From Eledone cirrhosa (lineage: Eukaryota), in the NCBI GenBank assembly GCA_964016885.1, contig OZ024741.1, positions 156,550,001-156,614,000 of the forward strand: a stretch of 64,000 bases of DNA, read 5' to 3'. The translations under genes were made by a program, and so were the position numbers. Position 1 is the first letter of the stretch. Each line of letters begins with the position of its first letter. The notes below the pieces were generated by a model, which did no database searches, was not told the origin of the DNA, and saw only the letters and a program-made list of their open reading frames with translations. Of the stretch, positions 28,701 through 42,749 are shown piece by piece.

Positions 28701-29379
28701 ATTACTACTTGTAGCCCAGGTGTCCCGAGGACACACACACACACACGTTATTTCTACGTTTTCAATCAAATTCCCGCGTTTTCAATCTAATCTTTTAGTG
28801 TGGTGACAACTCTCTCTACCAATATATCTTTCACTCACACACGCACACTCTCTCTATCTCACAACACACACTCTCTCTCTATCTCTCTCTCTCTCTTTCT
28901 CTTTCTGCGTATTTCTTTCTCAATAACAACAATTCTATCTTTCACTCACGCATTCTCTTTTTCTCTCTCTATCTCACACACACAGACACACTGTATTGCA
29001 TTCTTAATAACGACAACAACAACCTGTCATAATAATGACATTTTTTTTTTTGAAACATGTGTTGTGTTGTCTATATGTTGAAGAGCATAGAGAAACACAC
29101 ACACACACATAGAAATTACACACCCAGAAACACACACACACACACACACATAATAACACTAACAAACCCCTCCAAAAAAACTCCGTCCTCTTTCTCACTT
29201 TATTTCTCTCTGAATAACAGCAACAACAGCCTGTCATTAAAGTAAAACTCTTTTTTTAGCTGTCTTGTCTATACAGAAACACGCACGCACACACATACAC
29301 AGACACACACACACACACAATCAACCAAACAAAAACTCCGTATTCATTTTGTTTGTTCGCATGTTATGTTTAGTTAGTT

Positions 29380-32055
29380 AGAGAGAGGGTGGTGGAATAT
29401 TATTTCCCTTAAGAACTTTTGTATCAATTCTCTTTATTCCACTGATATTCAAGTTCCACACATTGAAGCTGTAACTAACAACTGCAACTGCTGAATAATT
29501 TATGGCTAACACCTTGTTATGTGTATTTAGCTCAGATGTTAGAAATACTCGTACTCTCTTATAGCATTTCTCCCTTATCTTCTCTTTCATACTTACATGT
29601 TGAATGCCGGCGCCTTCCTTTATACCTAGGTATTTATAGGTTTGATTCTGTTCAAGTGTTTCAACACGCAGTTCGACTGAATGTCAGCTTATCAACTTCC
29701 CTTTCTTGCCATCACTGAATGCTTTTACACTACGTCAAAGTCCTTCAAACTCATCGTTTTCTTTGCTATATAATTTTAAGTCGTCCATATAAAATAGACG
29801 GCATATTTTCCGTTGTCAACTTTATATCCGTAACTACTCCTGTTAAGTTCGATTGTAAGAGCTATTAGGGGTATGCAAAAATATTAAAGGTGAAAGTAAG
29901 TCACCTTGGAAAATGCCACAGTCGATGTTAATATTGTTTGAATTTAATACCCCATTGGAATAATATAATTGGAGATTAATGTTCCACAATGACATATTAT
30001 ATTTCAGAAAGTTTGAAATTACATGATCAATTTTGAAGATATACAGCCATTTTGGAATTCATGAATGTGATATACTGTCAAAAGCCTTTTTGTAATCAAT
30101 CCATGCGGAACTTAGATTTCATAGTTTGTTATGACAATTCTCAATGATCATATGATTACTTATGAGTTGATTTTTACATCCATATAAACCTCATCGACAC
30201 ACTTTATGTTCAATAGGGAACAGAGAGTTCTCTTCCATAAATGCATGTTTTCTCCATGAGAATAGATGTTAGAAGCTTATGAGCGGGAGAGAAACAGTTT
30301 ATAGGCGAGATGTTTTATCTATTGTTTCATGATTCTTTTGTAATAAGTAATACCGTTTGCTATCCATTCAGGTGTTTTTTTATGATGTTTCATAATTTCA
30401 TGGACTAACTCTTCATGTGCGTACAAGAGCCATGAAAGCCAGAAATTTAGCACCCTATCTTTACCAGGAGGTTTGCTATTGATATGTCTTCTCATACTTA
30501 TTCTTGTAATATTTGTAGGATTCTACTATGCGTCTAATCCAATTTAAATATTTTTATTGCATATGTTCTCATCAAGTGGAAGTGGATTATTTTCTTCCCA
30601 ATTTCTCTGTAAAAGTATTTAGTATTGGATATGAACAACTTATTTTGCTTGTAAAAATTGTTTCCCTTCTCAAATATTCGTATTCTTTGAACTTTTACTT
30701 GGTTGTTTTGTTCCAGTATTTCATCTGTTGCTATAAGCCCTTTTCTTGATGACAATTCATATTTTCTCTTCAACTTTCTTCCATTTCTGGATCTTACATT
30801 ATTTTCAGAAATAAGTTAATTTAATATTGATAATTAATTCAATGGCATTTACAATTTTACTTCTCCATTGTTGCTTTCTACTTTCGTTTTGGCTTTCTTT
30901 GTTTTTAAAGGCATACATCTTGTTTCGGCTCTAGCAGATGCGCAATTTCATTTTAACATAGTAAGACCATGTTTTAATTTTTGTATGAGTTCTTTTGTTG
31001 CATAGTCATTAATTTTTATTTGTTATTTATTTTGGTTTGTATTTGAGAGTTTTTGAAGAGGTTCTCTATAATTCATACTTATATGTCTCACAACTGCTAG
31101 CTTATTCAGAATGATTTGCTTCACTTCCATCAAAGATTCTCTGTGTTATTCAGCAAATACTTGATCTTCAAATTCTGTTCCTATCCCACTTTCCCGATTA
31201 TTTTCACCAAGTTCATAAAAATTTCTTACTTATTCAATTCTTTGCCTGATTTGGTCAAATGGCAACCTTCTAATTAAAACTTGTGGCTGGCTACTCTCTT
31301 TATCTCATTCTTCATTCCCCTCTTGTCTAATATTTAGGTAATTTTCCACAGCGTGCCTAATCGCAATTAATTTCGTATTTGTGAGTCTATTATTTCTGAA
31401 TATATACTTCCTAAGATTTGCTAACCAGTTGGTTCAAAGAGCCCTATCTCCTGCCCTTTTTGAAATATCCCTTGTCTTTATCATCTAATTGGCATACCAT
31501 TTTCATTCACAGGTTTGCTTCTAAAATAACACTCCATAACAGCATTGTTATTCCACTTCATTCCAGCAGTGTCACGATGACGCAGGGCCTGCCCCCCAAC
31601 AGGACACCTCCCGGACGAGACGCCCTCACTAAAAGCTCCAGAACCATTCACGTCTGTGTGTAAACAATTTGTTTGGTTCATTTCATTCATTCAGGTTAGT
31701 TATGTTAAGGTTTCACCACGACTGGGTTTTTATTTTATTTTATTTTTAGAGGGTGACGTAAATCACTTAAGGGGCCCCCAAACCTTAAAATTGAAGTGAG
31801 CTATCCTGCACTCGTGAAACATCCAGTATTTTATACTCCGCAGCTGTAGATTCTACAAATTTTTGGATGGTCATTGAGTCTCTTTAGTTCCGCCGCCCTC
31901 TGTCGGATTTGGTTTTACTTCTCGCAGGGTGTTCAAACTTCACGCTCCTCACTAAGCAAGCTTCGTGGGGATGCCGGTTTTGTTGCCGACGACTAGACCA
32001 TGCAACAGGTTGTACTGGGTTTCAAGTTACCAGTAGCGCTCAGGAGCGACCTGAC
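29380..32055 (-). mobile_element. Decayed R4/Dong-like (RLE-type) LINE, 5' region and RT
   Basis: Minus-strand motifs MECYFRSKP (N-term), WIDYKKAFDS, GIFQGDLLSP, LFYMDDLK; many stops and frameshifts. Confidence 0.8.
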
Positions 32056-32084
32056 TTTATTATTATTATCATCATTATTGTTAT

Positions 32085-32545
32085 TCTTGGAGTCTCAGTC
32101 ATTGATGTTATTTAACTGGAAAGTTTGTTCAAATAAACAACAAGCCGCTACCTGCAGCCTCAGATATTTAGGACGTATCGGAGGGTTCTTGCTGTTCCCA
32201 GCAAGCATGCCTTTTGAAGTGTTCCATAAAAGGGGGTTGGACTAATGTTCTTTAACCATCCTTGAAAACACTGTGATATAGTACCCTGTGCTCCTATGAC
32301 AATCGAGATGACCTTGATCTTATGACAGTCCCAAATCTTTTTTTAATTCCCACTTTAAATCCTAGTATTCGTTAATTTTCTCCTTCTTGCACACTTGTAT
32401 CAAAGGGGCAGGCTACATCTACAATCAGGCACGATGGTTTTTCCATGTCAAAAACCACCAAGTTAGGCCTATTGTGTTCTAATTTATTGTCTGTCTGTAT
32501 CCTGAAATCCCATAGCACCTTCACTTGATCGTTTTCTATCGTTTT
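32085..32545 (-). pseudogene. 3' end of an R4/Dong-like LINE with restriction-like endonuclease
   Basis: KVLWDFRIQTDNKLEHNRPNLVV...IVDVACPFD; followed by (TAA)n; homologous to 46590-46872. Confidence 0.8.
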
Positions 32546-32689
32546 CTATCGTCACAGTGTGCATTGGTAAGCCAGTTAATACAGCCAGTAATACATTGAT
32601 TATAATAAAAGAAAAACAGTATACATATATACACATGTGCATATGAATATGTAAATACAAGCAGGGATATCAATCTTACAGAGATAGTG

Positions 32690-32860
32690 CTCTTCTCAAT
32701 ACGTGTGTAGTACCAGTCAAAACAATTTTTTGCACCTTGTGCAGAGAGGGTAAACTAGGAATCATTCGCAAATATTGTTCTGTTCCTTTCTTGATCATTC
32801 CCAGTCCTCCCACAATCACTGGTATTGTAACGGCTTTGAGGTGCCACATTTTCTCTATGT
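32690..32860 (-). pseudogene. C-terminal fragment of a second RLE-type LINE
   Basis: IEKMWHLKAVTIPVIVGGLGMIKKGTEQY. Confidence 0.6.
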
Positions 32861-33714
32861 GTGAGATAATATAACTGAATAATTGATCAAGTAAAGGATT
32901 GTTGATATAAACATGCCTGTCATGTGGATATTAGAATATATAATATTATGATTGTCGACTCTACTATACCATTTCATAATACATAGAACTCCGTCCTCGA
33001 ATAAATATTTTGTATGTTAGTTTTAACGCGAAGGCGTTTGGATTAGTGATTAGGATGTTGGGACACGATTTTAAAGGTGTGTGTTCGATTTCCGGAATGG
33101 GCGCCTGCTATATCCTTGTGCAAAACTCTAGAAAAAAGGAGCTGTGCCTGTTATTCAACTTAACGATATACTGTGTTTACACTGAATTCTTCAGGAAAGC
33201 ATGCACAGCCCAGAAAGCTTGAACAAATACTGAGGTAGTTAATCCGACGCTCTACCGACTCTGCCATTCCCAAAAAGGGCAACAAAAGTTCAAATTCTTA
33301 TTTACATTAATCAAAATGAGTGTACCATAAAGTGGTGATTGCATTGAGTGGTGATTGCATAAATAAATAAAGGTGGTGGGGTATTTAACTCCTGGTGGAA
33401 ATATTAGAGGCGCCGTCGTGACATTCTAGATTATGTGGAAACAAAGCCGATTTCTTCGACAATAGAGAGAGAGAGAGAGAGATGGAGTAAGTATCGATCT
33501 CAGTAGTAGACAAGCACATGTGACCACGGCGGTGTTTGAGCTCAGAACGCAGATAACCTGAACGAATTGCGTAACGCATTCTCTCCGACATTCTAATGGC
33601 TCTGCCAATTCGTCCCTGTATAAAAATAATACAAGTGAGATATTGCATTGACATACCTATTGATCCTTACAACCACTGAAACGGTCGCTACTCAAACTTC
33701 GATTATTGACAGAG

Positions 33715-34140
33715 AACTAATGATTGTCTATTTAACTGTCATCAGAGACTTCATCTTCGCTGATGGTTGCGCCCTCAACACCAGCTCATAGCAGCAATTC
33801 AGCAAAATCTCAACTGCATCTCACACGCCGGTGACAACATTGGACCCACCATTAGCATTAACAAATCAAAAGTTACGTACCCACATGCACATAGAACATT
33901 CTACAACAAACTATACATAATTTTTAGAGACAGAAACCAGTAGCATTCGACAGCTTCACCTATCTGAGAAGCACTTTTTCAATACTTTTTTCAATGGCAA
34001 ACATCGACACAGATTAGTAAAAGAACTGCTAAAGCTAGTGTCGCCGTTTGGGAGACCACACAAGGATTTATGGGCGCTGAAAGGACTCACTACCATTCTG
34101 AAAGTTGACCGAGTAGTGGTGCACACCTCTTTCATATACG
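33715..34140 (+). pseudogene. RTE/BovB-like RT fragment
   Basis: RDFIFADGCALN...ISINKSKV...FTYLRST, degenerate. Confidence 0.65.
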
Positions 34141-34174
34141 CCTACACATGTTTGAGGGGAATCAGTAACAGAGA

Positions 34175-36330
34175 TCAATAATTGATTTTGTTATTCACTT
34201 TGATCTCTACGATTCTGTACTGGATGTTCGTGTTAAGGGAGGGCTGAGCTGTCAACTGATTACCATTTAGTTATTTAGAGCTTGAGACTACCTAAAGCTA
34301 AAGAAACCCCCAAAACTGATTGGTCTCGGGCGACCAATAGAATAAAGTGAGAATAGTTGGTTGATAAGGAAGCCAGGACCAAGTATACAGATACTATTGC
34401 TTCCAAAGTCAAAGAAATACCTGAGTAAACTGAGGGCAAGACAGAGTGGGGATTATTCCTCTCAGACTTTACTAATTCCGCTGTTAAATGCGGCAAGAGA
34501 ATGAGGCGTTTTGTGGCGCCGGATAGCAGAAAGACACCTTGGTTCAATCCAGAGGTCAAATATGCCATCCGAACAAAGAAGGGCTACATGGTTTGGCCTG
34601 GAAATAAGTCCTCCTTCTTGTACTTTCGGTACAAGCAGGCTTGAAGAATCGCAGCTGAGACAGTAAGAATATTCAAAGTTAAGTCATGCTGGGATTTTAG
34701 GATAAAGCTGGAATCTGAGTGCAGATCAGCAAATAAAGTGTTCAGGGGCAGACCAACCACCGACTTCGTAAAAAGAAGTCCTCCTCCACACTTACTGCCA
34801 GGAACGTGCTTGGAGTTCTTCTCTCCTCAGAGAGGTGCATCCTCACGAGGTGGAGAGAATACTCTGCTGATCTCCTAATCCCAATCAAAACAGCATCTTC
34901 TGATGTACACAAGGTGCATCTTGGAAAAGTTATTAATCTCTCGGAGGCTTAAAGAGCACAAATGTAGCAAAGCCGCTGGGGAAGATGAAGTCAGGCCTGC
35001 GATGTTAAAAGCCTTAAATAGAGAAGGTACTATCTGGCTAGCTCATGTGTGCCGGTTGGCAGGGATCTCTGGGAAGTCACCCAAGAAATGGCAATCGGGA
35101 GTGATAATCCCAATTTTCAAAAAGGGTGAAAAGAGAGATTGTTCCAATTACAGTGGCATCTTCTTGTTAAACATCCCCGGTAAAGCCAATGCTAAGTGCC
35201 TGGCAATGAGATGCAGGGAGATTGTCGTGCCCAAGCAAGCTGAGGAATAGTTCGGTTCTAACCCTGAACGCAGCAAAACCGACAAACTATTTACATTGCG
35301 GCAGGTCTTTGAAAATTCGTGGCTGTATTGCCAAGAAGTATATTCTTGTTTTGTAGATCTTGAAAAGGAATATAACCGCGTTCCTCGGGGCATGCTGTGG
35401 AAGGTTTTGTAGAACTATGGGATCGATGGCCAGCTTCTTGTTTCCATGATGTCTCTATATGAATGTCAACGTATTTGTGTTCGGATAAATGGGGCTAAAT
35501 CGAAACCATTCAATATGGGCGTTGGATTCGGCCGTGGGTGCGTACTGTCACCTCTTCTGTTCATTATTTTCATGAACAGGATTTACATGCCCAGACGGTT
35601 TGGAAGTGGTATCGCGACTGGCAGGTGTAAAATCAGTCGGCTGGAATCTGCTGACAGAAGGTGATCCCCGATTAACATTTGATAGGTTTGATATCGAGTG
35701 CTGTGAAAACTGAGACACTCGACCTTTGAAGGAAGCCTGCATTCTACATGTGAATAGAGTTCCACTGAAACAGGTGGAGAAGTTCAATTATGTTGGACTG
35801 TATTCACGAATGATGGAAGACAAGAGGCTGAATTAAGTGCAAGAATTGCAGGAGCTGGTATAGTAATTCACCAGTTTCAGCATTCGGTAATCAGAAGAAG
35901 AAGGGAGTTAGGCTTCGAAGCCAAACTCGCTATCTTCAATTCGGTATTACTGCCAACCCTTACCCATGGTCAGGAATCGAAAGAATACGATCACGAATAA
36001 AAGCGACCGAAATGAGGTTCCACCAAAGTGTCTTTAAAGTAACATTATTCGATAGAGTGCGTATCTCAGAGATCAGAGAGTCACTTCAGGAAGAACCACT
36101 ACATCTCCGAATTGAGAGATCACAGCTCCGATATTATGGGCATGTGATTAGAATGTATCAAGAAAGAATCGCCGGACAGATTTTACGGGCAAAACCAACA
36201 GGTAGGAGGTCCATGAGCTTGGTTGGTCTAGCTTCGGGATCCCACCTGATTAGTTGGTTCTGACAGAATCTACTGGAAGCTGTGTTTGAATAATCTTCCC
36301 CCATGACCCTCACATGAATAAGTGGTCGAA
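34175..36330 (+). mobile_element. Decayed RTE-clade LINE (end of APE, RT, C-terminus)
   Basis: KAAGEDEVRPAMLK, IPIFKKG..RDCSNYSGI, GCVLSPLLFIIFM, LRIERSQLRYYGHV. Confidence 0.88.
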
Positions 36331-37188
36331 GAATAGGAAGAGGAGAAAGGGATTATCATCACTGCTACAGCCCAGATCAGCCATCTCAGGATTGCTCAAA
36401 CAGAGCAGTATTGTTTCTGCAGTATTTCTACCATGCTTATAGCATTATCTTGGAGAGTGCCATTTTCATCAAACAGAGGGCCAACCTTTAAGACAGTGTC
36501 CTTCTGTTGTTTCACAAATGAATAGAACACTTTGGGATTGAGTTTGATGTTCCCAATGGCCTATTCCTCCTCAGCTGGTAATTGGTTTTTGATGATGGTC
36601 TTCATGCATTTTTGGAGAGTATATTTTTTAGATTCGAGCAATGCAATAACAGTCGGATGTGTGTGTTGTGTTGTTGTTGACAGTATTTTAGTTTGTTGAT
36701 TTTCTTTGTTAATTTTATTTTTCTGATAATAGTTTGTTTCTATTTTCGGGGATTCTGCACTTAGTTTTATTCACAGATCTTGATGGGGTATGTTTTGCAC
36801 ATATGTTTTGTAACCGTGTCTACAAATATCTGCCAAGATGTTTTGATGCTAGAAGAAATGTGTGCGTGTGTGTGAAAGACCAATCAATTTGTTGTTGATG
36901 GCTAGTTATATATATGTGTAAGGATGTATATAAATATAAATGGAAAAAATGAAGTTTTATTTCTCACTCTTAGTACGGCTGATACTTAAATATAAGTATG
37001 TATACGTACATTCATATATGTATACAGACGTACCGTAGTATGTATATACATACATACATGCACATATATATATATATACGTATGGGTTTTATATAATGCT
37101 CGGTTTGTTTGTAAACAAACAGCCCGAATTAAGCCGTACAGTGTTTAGCAACCATCGTTGCGCTTTTTGTACAACACTGACAAAGGAA

Positions 37189-37229
37189 CTATGTACTAGT
37201 TTCAAGCTTATTAGCTATCGTCAGCATCG
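37189..37229 (-). ncRNA. Type-I hammerhead ribozyme
   Basis: cgatg-CTGACGA-tagc-taataa-gctt-GAAA-ctag-TA-catag. Confidence 0.8.
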
Positions 37230-37373
37230 TATACCTTCCTGCTAGACGATTGAAAGTCTGAAAGTATATCGTTGCCATTTTGTTCAACACTGATAAAGGA
37301 ACGATGAAAGCCGTCAATATGCATAAGGAAAGTATATACTTTCAAACGTTCAATCATCTGACAGGAAGGTATA

Positions 37374-37414
37374 CGGTGCTGATGACAGCTAATAAGCTAG
37401 AAACTAGTTCATCG
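37374..37414 (+). ncRNA. Type-I hammerhead ribozyme
   Basis: cggtg-CTGATGA-cagc-taataa-gcta-GAAA-ctag-TT-catcg. Confidence 0.8.
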
Positions 37415-37694
37415 TTCCTTTGTCAGTATTTAATAAAAGGGCAACAATGGTTGCCGAACACTGTACGGATAATAATTCGGTCTGTTTGTTTACAAACAAA
37501 CCGAGCATTATAATAAATGTTCGGTAAACCCATACGTACATATATATATATATATGTGCATGTATGTATATATATAAATACTACTATACGTCTGTATACA
37601 TATATGTAGGTACGTATACATACTTATATTTATATAAATATATATATATATAATACACACACACACACACGCGCACATACACACACACACACAC

Positions 37695-37740
<46 letters not shown>

Positions 37741-37829
37741 GTATATATATAAACATATATACATACATAATTATATATACATACAAATACATATACACAG
37801 ATATCGCTCTTTATATATATATATATAGT

Positions 37830-38540
37830 TTACTGATTAATGTTCAGAGCCATCCTCAGCATTCTCGTGTAGCACCCATCCACCATCTGAGTGAGTTTCT
37901 TGGTCAGTGTCCAAGTCTCAGACCCATACAGCAGCACAGACTCCACTACAGCAATGAAGAGGCGGATTTTCAGGTCTCTACGGAGGTCCGACTTCCACAC
38001 CGATCTCAAGCTGTGGCACGCCGCCCAGGCCTTGCTCTTCCTCTCAACCACATCATTCTCCGTATTCCCAATCTTTGCTCCCAAATACAAGAAGTCCTCA
38101 ACCAATTCCAGCGGCTTCCCGCCTACATTAGTGATCCCCTCTGGCTTCTCAACATTCTCTACCAGATATTTTGTTTTAGTCTCATTCATTCTCAGCCCCA
38201 CACTCATCGACACAGTCTCAACCTCCCGCAACCTGAGGATGAAAAACTCAGAGCTGTATCCGAGCATCCCAAAAGTCAGCTCAAAAGTGACACAGAGGAG
38301 ACTAAGGTTAGCTGGACATGCTCACCGACATCCAGAGTTGACATTGCACTCAGTGCTCCTTTGGGGGCCCCTACATGGACACACTGGAAGTGGAAGACCA
38401 AGGTTGACGTATGTTGATGCCCTAAGGTCAGACACTGGTCTGTTGGAGACGCAGGACATGGCAGCGATAATGAGGGACAGAGACCGCTGGAGAGAACTCG
38501 TCCATGGATCTCGGGAATTTTACCCGCCTTAGATAGATAT
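37830..38540 (+). mobile_element. 5'-truncated RTE-like LINE with inverted 5' segment
   Basis: 37830-38233 (minus) encodes ...FLYLG...LLYGSETWTL...RMLRMALNINQ; 38233-38532 (plus) encodes the downstream RRLRLAGH...GRPRLTY...RDRWR. Confidence 0.85.
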
Positions 38541-38591
38541 ATAGTTTTGCGAGGTTTTTTATATTACACAAATATTACCCTCCCCAAGTAT

Positions 38592-38662
<71 letters not shown>

Positions 38663-39750
38663 TTAATAATAATAAATTTCAAGACTAAAATCCAAAGAGA
38701 GCTCGATAAGGATAAATATATATCAAATATATAAGAACCGTAGAGCAAATATTTATTAAAATAACAGATTAAAGTTTAAGCAAAGAATCGCTGCTTTCAC
38801 TCTTAACGGGATCTTCTGAAACTAACAAAGTCAATCTGTAAACGCAGAACTGGATATTTCAAAAAACGTTGCAACCGGAGGAAGACAGGAAGACGATACT
38901 TTGGTTCGTGGAAACGTTCGCTGGCAAAGAACGGGAAAAAACGAATATAATACGTCATTAATAGGAGCGGTGAAAAACAATTACGCGCAAAAACAGAACC
39001 ACAGAGGTGGTTCATAGAGACGTTCTCTGGCAATGAACGAAAAAGACGAAGATAATACGTCATATGTGGAGCGTGGAGAACAATAGCACGCAAAGACAAA
39101 ATCACGTAAATGGTATAGCAGAAGTCGTAGACTAAAATTCTAACTAGGAGACCGAATGAATCTCCGCTACAGAGTTAAGAACAAAGTAAATAAATACAAT
39201 ACAGAAGTAATAGAAATAAATAAATACATACACGCAAACAAATACGTACATACACAAGCATACGCAAAACACTTACCATAGGTATACAAAACCACGCACA
39301 TATAAATATGTGTGTGTGTGTATGCGTGTATACAAATAAATAAATAAATAATTATATAAACGTATATAAATAAATAAATACGTAAATACCAAGCGCACAC
39401 ACATAGCTACATGTAAATACACGAATGTTCGGAGACGTAAGTCAACCAAAACATGAATTACACATATACACACACCCTACAGACGTACGAACCTGCATAC
39501 TCACACAGACGCAAAACTCCCGTATACACATAGCCAAACCATATGTACCAGAATAAAAAAAAATAAAAAAAGTTTATACGCCATAACATAAACAATCAAA
39601 TATACGTACAAGAAGGTATACGTACCTTCACGAAACATACAGGTAATATATACTTACCTATGCAAATAAGTAATGGTATAAACATATACTTAGCTCCCAC
39701 ATATACTTAGCTCCCACATCAAGACGTAAAATATCCACATATAGATCGTA

Positions 39751-40250
39751 CTATCCATTAGGGTATAACGTGGGGCTGTGATACAGGAAAGTTTTGTGCA
39801 ATTTATGTTTACAAGCCGAAATTGCCTCAGATTCTTTGTTTAAGATGTGGTCTGTGGCGTAGAGTATTTCCAGGGCCTCAGCGGCGCAGAGGTCACAAGG
39901 TCTTTTATTTCCGTTATACGATCTAGCCCTAGCTAGGATCTCCCAGTGTAACTTATATTGGGTGTGGTTGTCTTTTAAACTCCAGATACAAGCTGAAAGT
40001 GACGTCATATTCCTTCTTAGAGGGTAACGAAAAGAATGGGTATGCGTGTAAAGACGCTGCTTGAATCCATTGGCGGTTAAACCTATGTAGGCCCTACGGG
40101 ACGTGGGTGTTACAACCTTACATTTGTAGACAATGTTACTAGAGAGGAATTTCCCGGATAGGGGGCAATCAACCCGATTCCTACAATTACAGTTAGTACT
40201 AACTACAGGGTTGCACGTGTTCCTGCGGCTAGGTAGTTTAGCTAAATTAG
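39751..40250 (-). pseudogene. PLE GIY-YIG endonuclease C-terminus
   Basis: CNCRNRVDCPL..IVYKCKV...AYIGLT..FKQR...CDLCAAE...LNKESE. Confidence 0.88.
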
Positions 40251-40953
40251 GTTCGTACGTATGTAGGGTGTGTGTATATGTGTACTTCATCTTTTGGTTG
40301 ACTTACGTCTCCGAACTTTCGTGTATTTACATGTAGGTATGTGTGTGCGCTTGGTATTTACGTATTTATTTATATACGTTTATATAATTATTTATTTATT
40401 TATTTGTATACACGCATACACACACACACATATTTATATGTGCGTGGTTTTGTATACCTATGGTAAGTGTTTTGCGTATGCTTGTGTATGTACGTATTTG
40501 TTTGCGTGTATGTATTTATTTATTTCTATTACTTCTGTATTGTATTTATTTACTTTGTTCTTAACTCTGTAGCGGAGATTCATTCGGTCTCCTAGTTAGA
40601 ATTTTAGTCTACGACTTCTGCTATACCATTTACGTGGTTTTGTCTTTGCGTGCTATTGTTCTCCACGCTCCACATATGACGTATTATCTTCGACTTTTTC
40701 GTTCATTGCCAGAGAACGTCTCTATTAACCACCTAAGAGAACATTAGCCTACGACCTCTTTTATACCATAAACATGGTTCTGTCTTTGCGCGTAATTGTT
40801 TTTCACCGCTCCTATTAATGACGTATTATATTCGTTTTTTCCCGTTCTTTGCCAGCGAACGTTTCCACGAACCAAAGTATCGTCTTCCTGTCTTCCTCCG
40901 GTTGCAACGTTTTTTGAAATATCCACTTCTGCGTTTACAGATTGGCTTTGTTG

Positions 40954-41002
40954 GTTTCAGAAGATCCGGTTAAGGGTGAAAGCAGCGATTCTTTGCTTAA
41001 AC
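40954..41002 (+). ncRNA. Variant hammerhead (CAGAAGA core); mirror copy at 38774-38822 (-)
   Basis: gttt-CAGAAGA-tccggttaagggt-GAAA-gca...tgc-TT-aaac. Confidence 0.55.
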
Positions 41003-41198
41003 TTTAATCTGTTATTTTAATAAATATATATATATATATATATATATTTAGGTTTAAAGGTTCACCACTGAATAGAGCTGGTCATTCCGTATGAGGGCGA
41101 CCGGCTAAAGTGGAGGATGCTAGATGGTCGGTCATCCTCGGGTCTATGATTTTCAGCCCCATGGATTTTATCTGTTACATGCATTCATTATATTTCGA

Positions 41199-41256
41199 AT
41201 ACCTGATGATATCACCGGATTCATACGGAACCCGGTCATTGAAATGATCATAGTAT
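41199..41256 (+). ncRNA. Type-I hammerhead in a ~250-bp dispersed element (41055-41310)
   Basis: atac-CTGATGA-tatcaccgg...ccggtcatt-GAAA-tgatca-TA-gtat; near-identical at 63101-63158. Confidence 0.78.
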
Positions 41257-42259
41257 AATAAACCTTTCAAGGATTTACACAAGTCCAGCCTCCTGTTATT
41301 TTATTATAATATATATATATATATATATATAAACATATATACATATATAATTATATATATATATAAACACATATACACAGATATCTTTCTTTATATGTAC
41401 ACACGCGCACGCGCACAGGCACACATATACGCTCTATATACATAACCATTTCTTTTTATCTAAACGCCTTCGATCACCGTCCTTTAAAAGAACACGAAAA
41501 TACTTTCTTATGCAACAACACCAGATTCAACAGTTTTCCAAGAGATGGCGACTTGTATAGGCCTGTTTTTTCTCAAAGAATTGTTTTCGCTCTACCACTG
41601 CCTACTCTCCTTTGTCTATATATATATAAGGATCTATATATTATTACTAATTATATATATATATAATTCTTTGTCTTTCTGTCTGTCTTTTTTTCCTTAT
41701 GCCTTCTCAGATGACTTGACCGACCAAATCAAGTCAAATTTTACAAGGTAATAGTATTAGACCACGGGATTAACACATAATTTTTATTTTCATTTGGATG
41801 AAAACAATATAACATTTTATTTAAAATATTGTACTATAGTCAACTATAATAGACATGTTATAACACCACGTGACGTCATCGATGTCACATTTTGTATATG
41901 AGTGTGCATATGTCTGTGAGTGTGTGTGTGATTAACCGTTCGTTACATACGTTAGGCCTTAGTAAGTTACATACACATACATCTTCACGTAAATATTTAA
42001 TCGGGTACACATATAATTAAACACACAAACACATCTACACGTAATGACTGACAAGTATATATGTGTGAGCCTATGTGAGAGTGTATGTGTGTGTGAGTAT
42101 ACATACATTTCTGTGACGACTGACATAACGAAACCTGGGGCTGAAACTGTGTGTGTTTGTATGAATGTATGTCTGTGTGTGTGTTTTTATAAGTTTGTGG
42201 AAGTGTATTTTTCTCTGTTCGTGGGTGAAACTCCATGTGTGTGTTTGTCGGGATGTATG

Positions 42260-42334
<75 letters not shown>

Positions 42335-42749
42335 AAATATACTTTATATATAAACATATATGTATATTTTATATGTATTATATGTGTATATAAGTATATG
42401 TATATATGTATATATATACACACATGCATATGTATATTCATACATATATACATATATACTATACTAGCATTAAAGCCAGGCGTTGCTCGGGGTCATTAAG
42501 TTACCAAAGTTAGGTTGCACCACCCATTTTATGGCAGCCCTTTTTTGTCTGTCAGGCACTGGGTGAATGAATTGCAGACCTGGAAGCATGAGCTGCGCCA
42601 GCAGTGACAATTGTAGTTTCGCCTATGGATATTATCTCTGTGCAAAAAAGTGTTGAAATTTATTGTTTCACAATACTTGCGCAACACGCGCGTAGACGAT
42701 GCCAGCCGAACAACAGAGCTGCGATGGAGTTGTTCTGCATGGTTGTCTG

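Larger units (their letters stand above)
36950..37630. mobile_element. Fold-back pair of the small hammerhead family
   Basis: Arms ~36985-37270 and ~37330-37630 are inverted; each carries a hammerhead. Confidence 0.8.
38655..41027 (-). mobile_element. 5'-truncated PLE (Naiad-like) with inverted pseudo-LTR
   Basis: GIY-YIG remnant; 38749-39495 is inverted at 40249-41027; (TA)n on both sides. Confidence 0.88.

Noticed and set aside
33130-33200. Hammerhead on the minus strand (CTGAAGA-attca...tgaat)
   Set aside because: GAAA box and NUH site are missing; at most a decayed relic
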